Program-made: the position numbers and the translations under genes
The notes under the pieces: generated by a model
What the model was told of the DNA's origin: nothing
Database searches by the model: none
The model's input: only the letters and a program-made list of their open reading frames with translations
Origin: an uncultured delta proteobacterium
GTDB lineage: Bacteria > Desulfobacterota > Binatia > UBA9968
Assembly (NCBI GenBank): GCA_963847445.1
Contig: CAWJZV010000048.1
Coordinates: forward strand, 241,673-305,672
Reading direction: 5' to 3'
DNA: 64,000 nt
Shown: positions 63,223-64,000 of the stretch, piece by piece
Numbering within the stretch: position 1 is the stretch's first letter
Layout: each line of letters begins with the position of its first letter

Positions 63223-64000
63223 TCATGGAATTGTCGCGCCGCGTGCCGCCGGACGACTTTCCTCTCTTCCAGGAAGCGGCACCTGACGCATATCCGGATC
63301 GTCATATTTTTCGATCGAAGGGAGCTGCGGCCGCTCACCCGGCTTCATGGTTCGGACAATTCGCGGAGTTATAATGAAGACTAGTTCACTCTCTTTGTTG
63401 GCAAACTTAGTACTTCTAAAAAGAGCCCCTAAAATCGGCACGTCCCCCAAGATTGGGAATTTGGTAAGATCCTTGGTTATCCTTTGATCCAACAAGCCAC
63501 CAATAATAAGACTTTCACCATCTTTCATCTCCACGCGGCTGACGGTTCGACGAACGACAAAGCTAGGTGTCGTTCCAGAGCCTGCCGCAACCTCGCTAAC
63601 TTCGGGAAAAACTCTAAGATCAATCCGGTCCGACAGTGTAATGGTGGGAATAAAATCAAGCCGAACACCAAATGGCTTGTAAATGACGTTAAAGGTGTTT
63701 GCCGTAGACGAAATAATTGGGACTTCGCCCCCAGCCAAAAACCCACCGCTTTTGCCATTTTTTACGACAAGTCGCGGCTGGGCTAGGATTTGTGCAATGT
63801 CTTTATTCTGCAACATACGATACAAGGTCGTAAGTCGAATAGGCACCATTGACCCAACGAAAAGGCACCAGTAGCAGCCGTACCAAGCGTTGTCGCAAGG
63901 TTGCCAGCCGCATCTATGGTTGTGTTTGAAAGCCCGCCAAAAGCTTGGCTCCCGAGCGAAGTCAAGCTCTGTACCTTGCCACCATAAGATTGAGCAAAGT
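63223..64000 (-). CDS. cpaC: RcpA/CpaC secretin, C-terminal part (frameshift ~63850; runs off the window)
   Basis: LAQPRL..FLAGGEVP..FGVRLDF..IIGGL..PILGDVPILGALFRS..ELVFIITP. Confidence 0.9.
   Translation of the reverse strand, partial: LCSILWWQGTELDFAREPSFWRAFKHNHRCGWQPCDNAWYGCYWCLFVGSMVPIRLTTLYRMLQNKDIAQILAQPRLVVKNGKSGGFLAGGEVPIISSTANTFNVIYKPFGVRLDFIPTITLSDRIDLRVFPEVSEVAAGSGTTPSFVVRRTVSRVEMKDGESLIIGGLLDQRITKDLTKFPILGDVPILGALFRSTKFANKESELVFIITPRIVRTMKPGERPQLPSIEKYDDPDMRQVPLPGREESRPAARGATIP

Noticed and set aside
1-64000. rRNA, tRNA, prophage or defence-system genes
   Set aside because: None recognisable; the many long antisense ORFs are expected shadows in GC-rich DNA

Overview
GC-rich bacterial window (~60% GC by eye, lower over the Tad locus). 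Gene content (many orphan NitT/TauT- and Bug-type binding proteins, UbiD, LLM and amidohydrolase enzymes, a tilS-ftsH-folP-dacA-cdaR-glmM-pdxJ-nnr block) resembles deltaproteobacteria-like lineages such as Binatota; this taxonomy is inference. About 20 genes, including normally essential tilS, carry single-base frameshifts that look like long-read indel errors. Layout: 1-7 kb accessory genes (transposase end, CBS-GGDEF cyclase, three small genes around an integron attC-like site); 7-18 kb housekeeping block; 18-42 kb toxin-antitoxin pair, transport and catabolic genes, and a sigma54 two-component system facing a 39-aa lipoprotein; 42-53 kb an uncharacterised cascade (SPOR repeat lipoprotein <- sigma70 promoter -> MshEN-AAA ATPase + pseudo-receiver sigma54 activator -> sigma54 promoter -> membrane-anchored protein, coiled coil, DUF4388, HAMP-only sensor, binding protein-LysM fusion); 53-64 kb a convergent Tad/Flp pilus locus with DsbA-like and glycosyltransferase-like genes. 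Intergenic DNA is full of nested palindromic repeats. Family calls come from motif recognition only; no searches were run.
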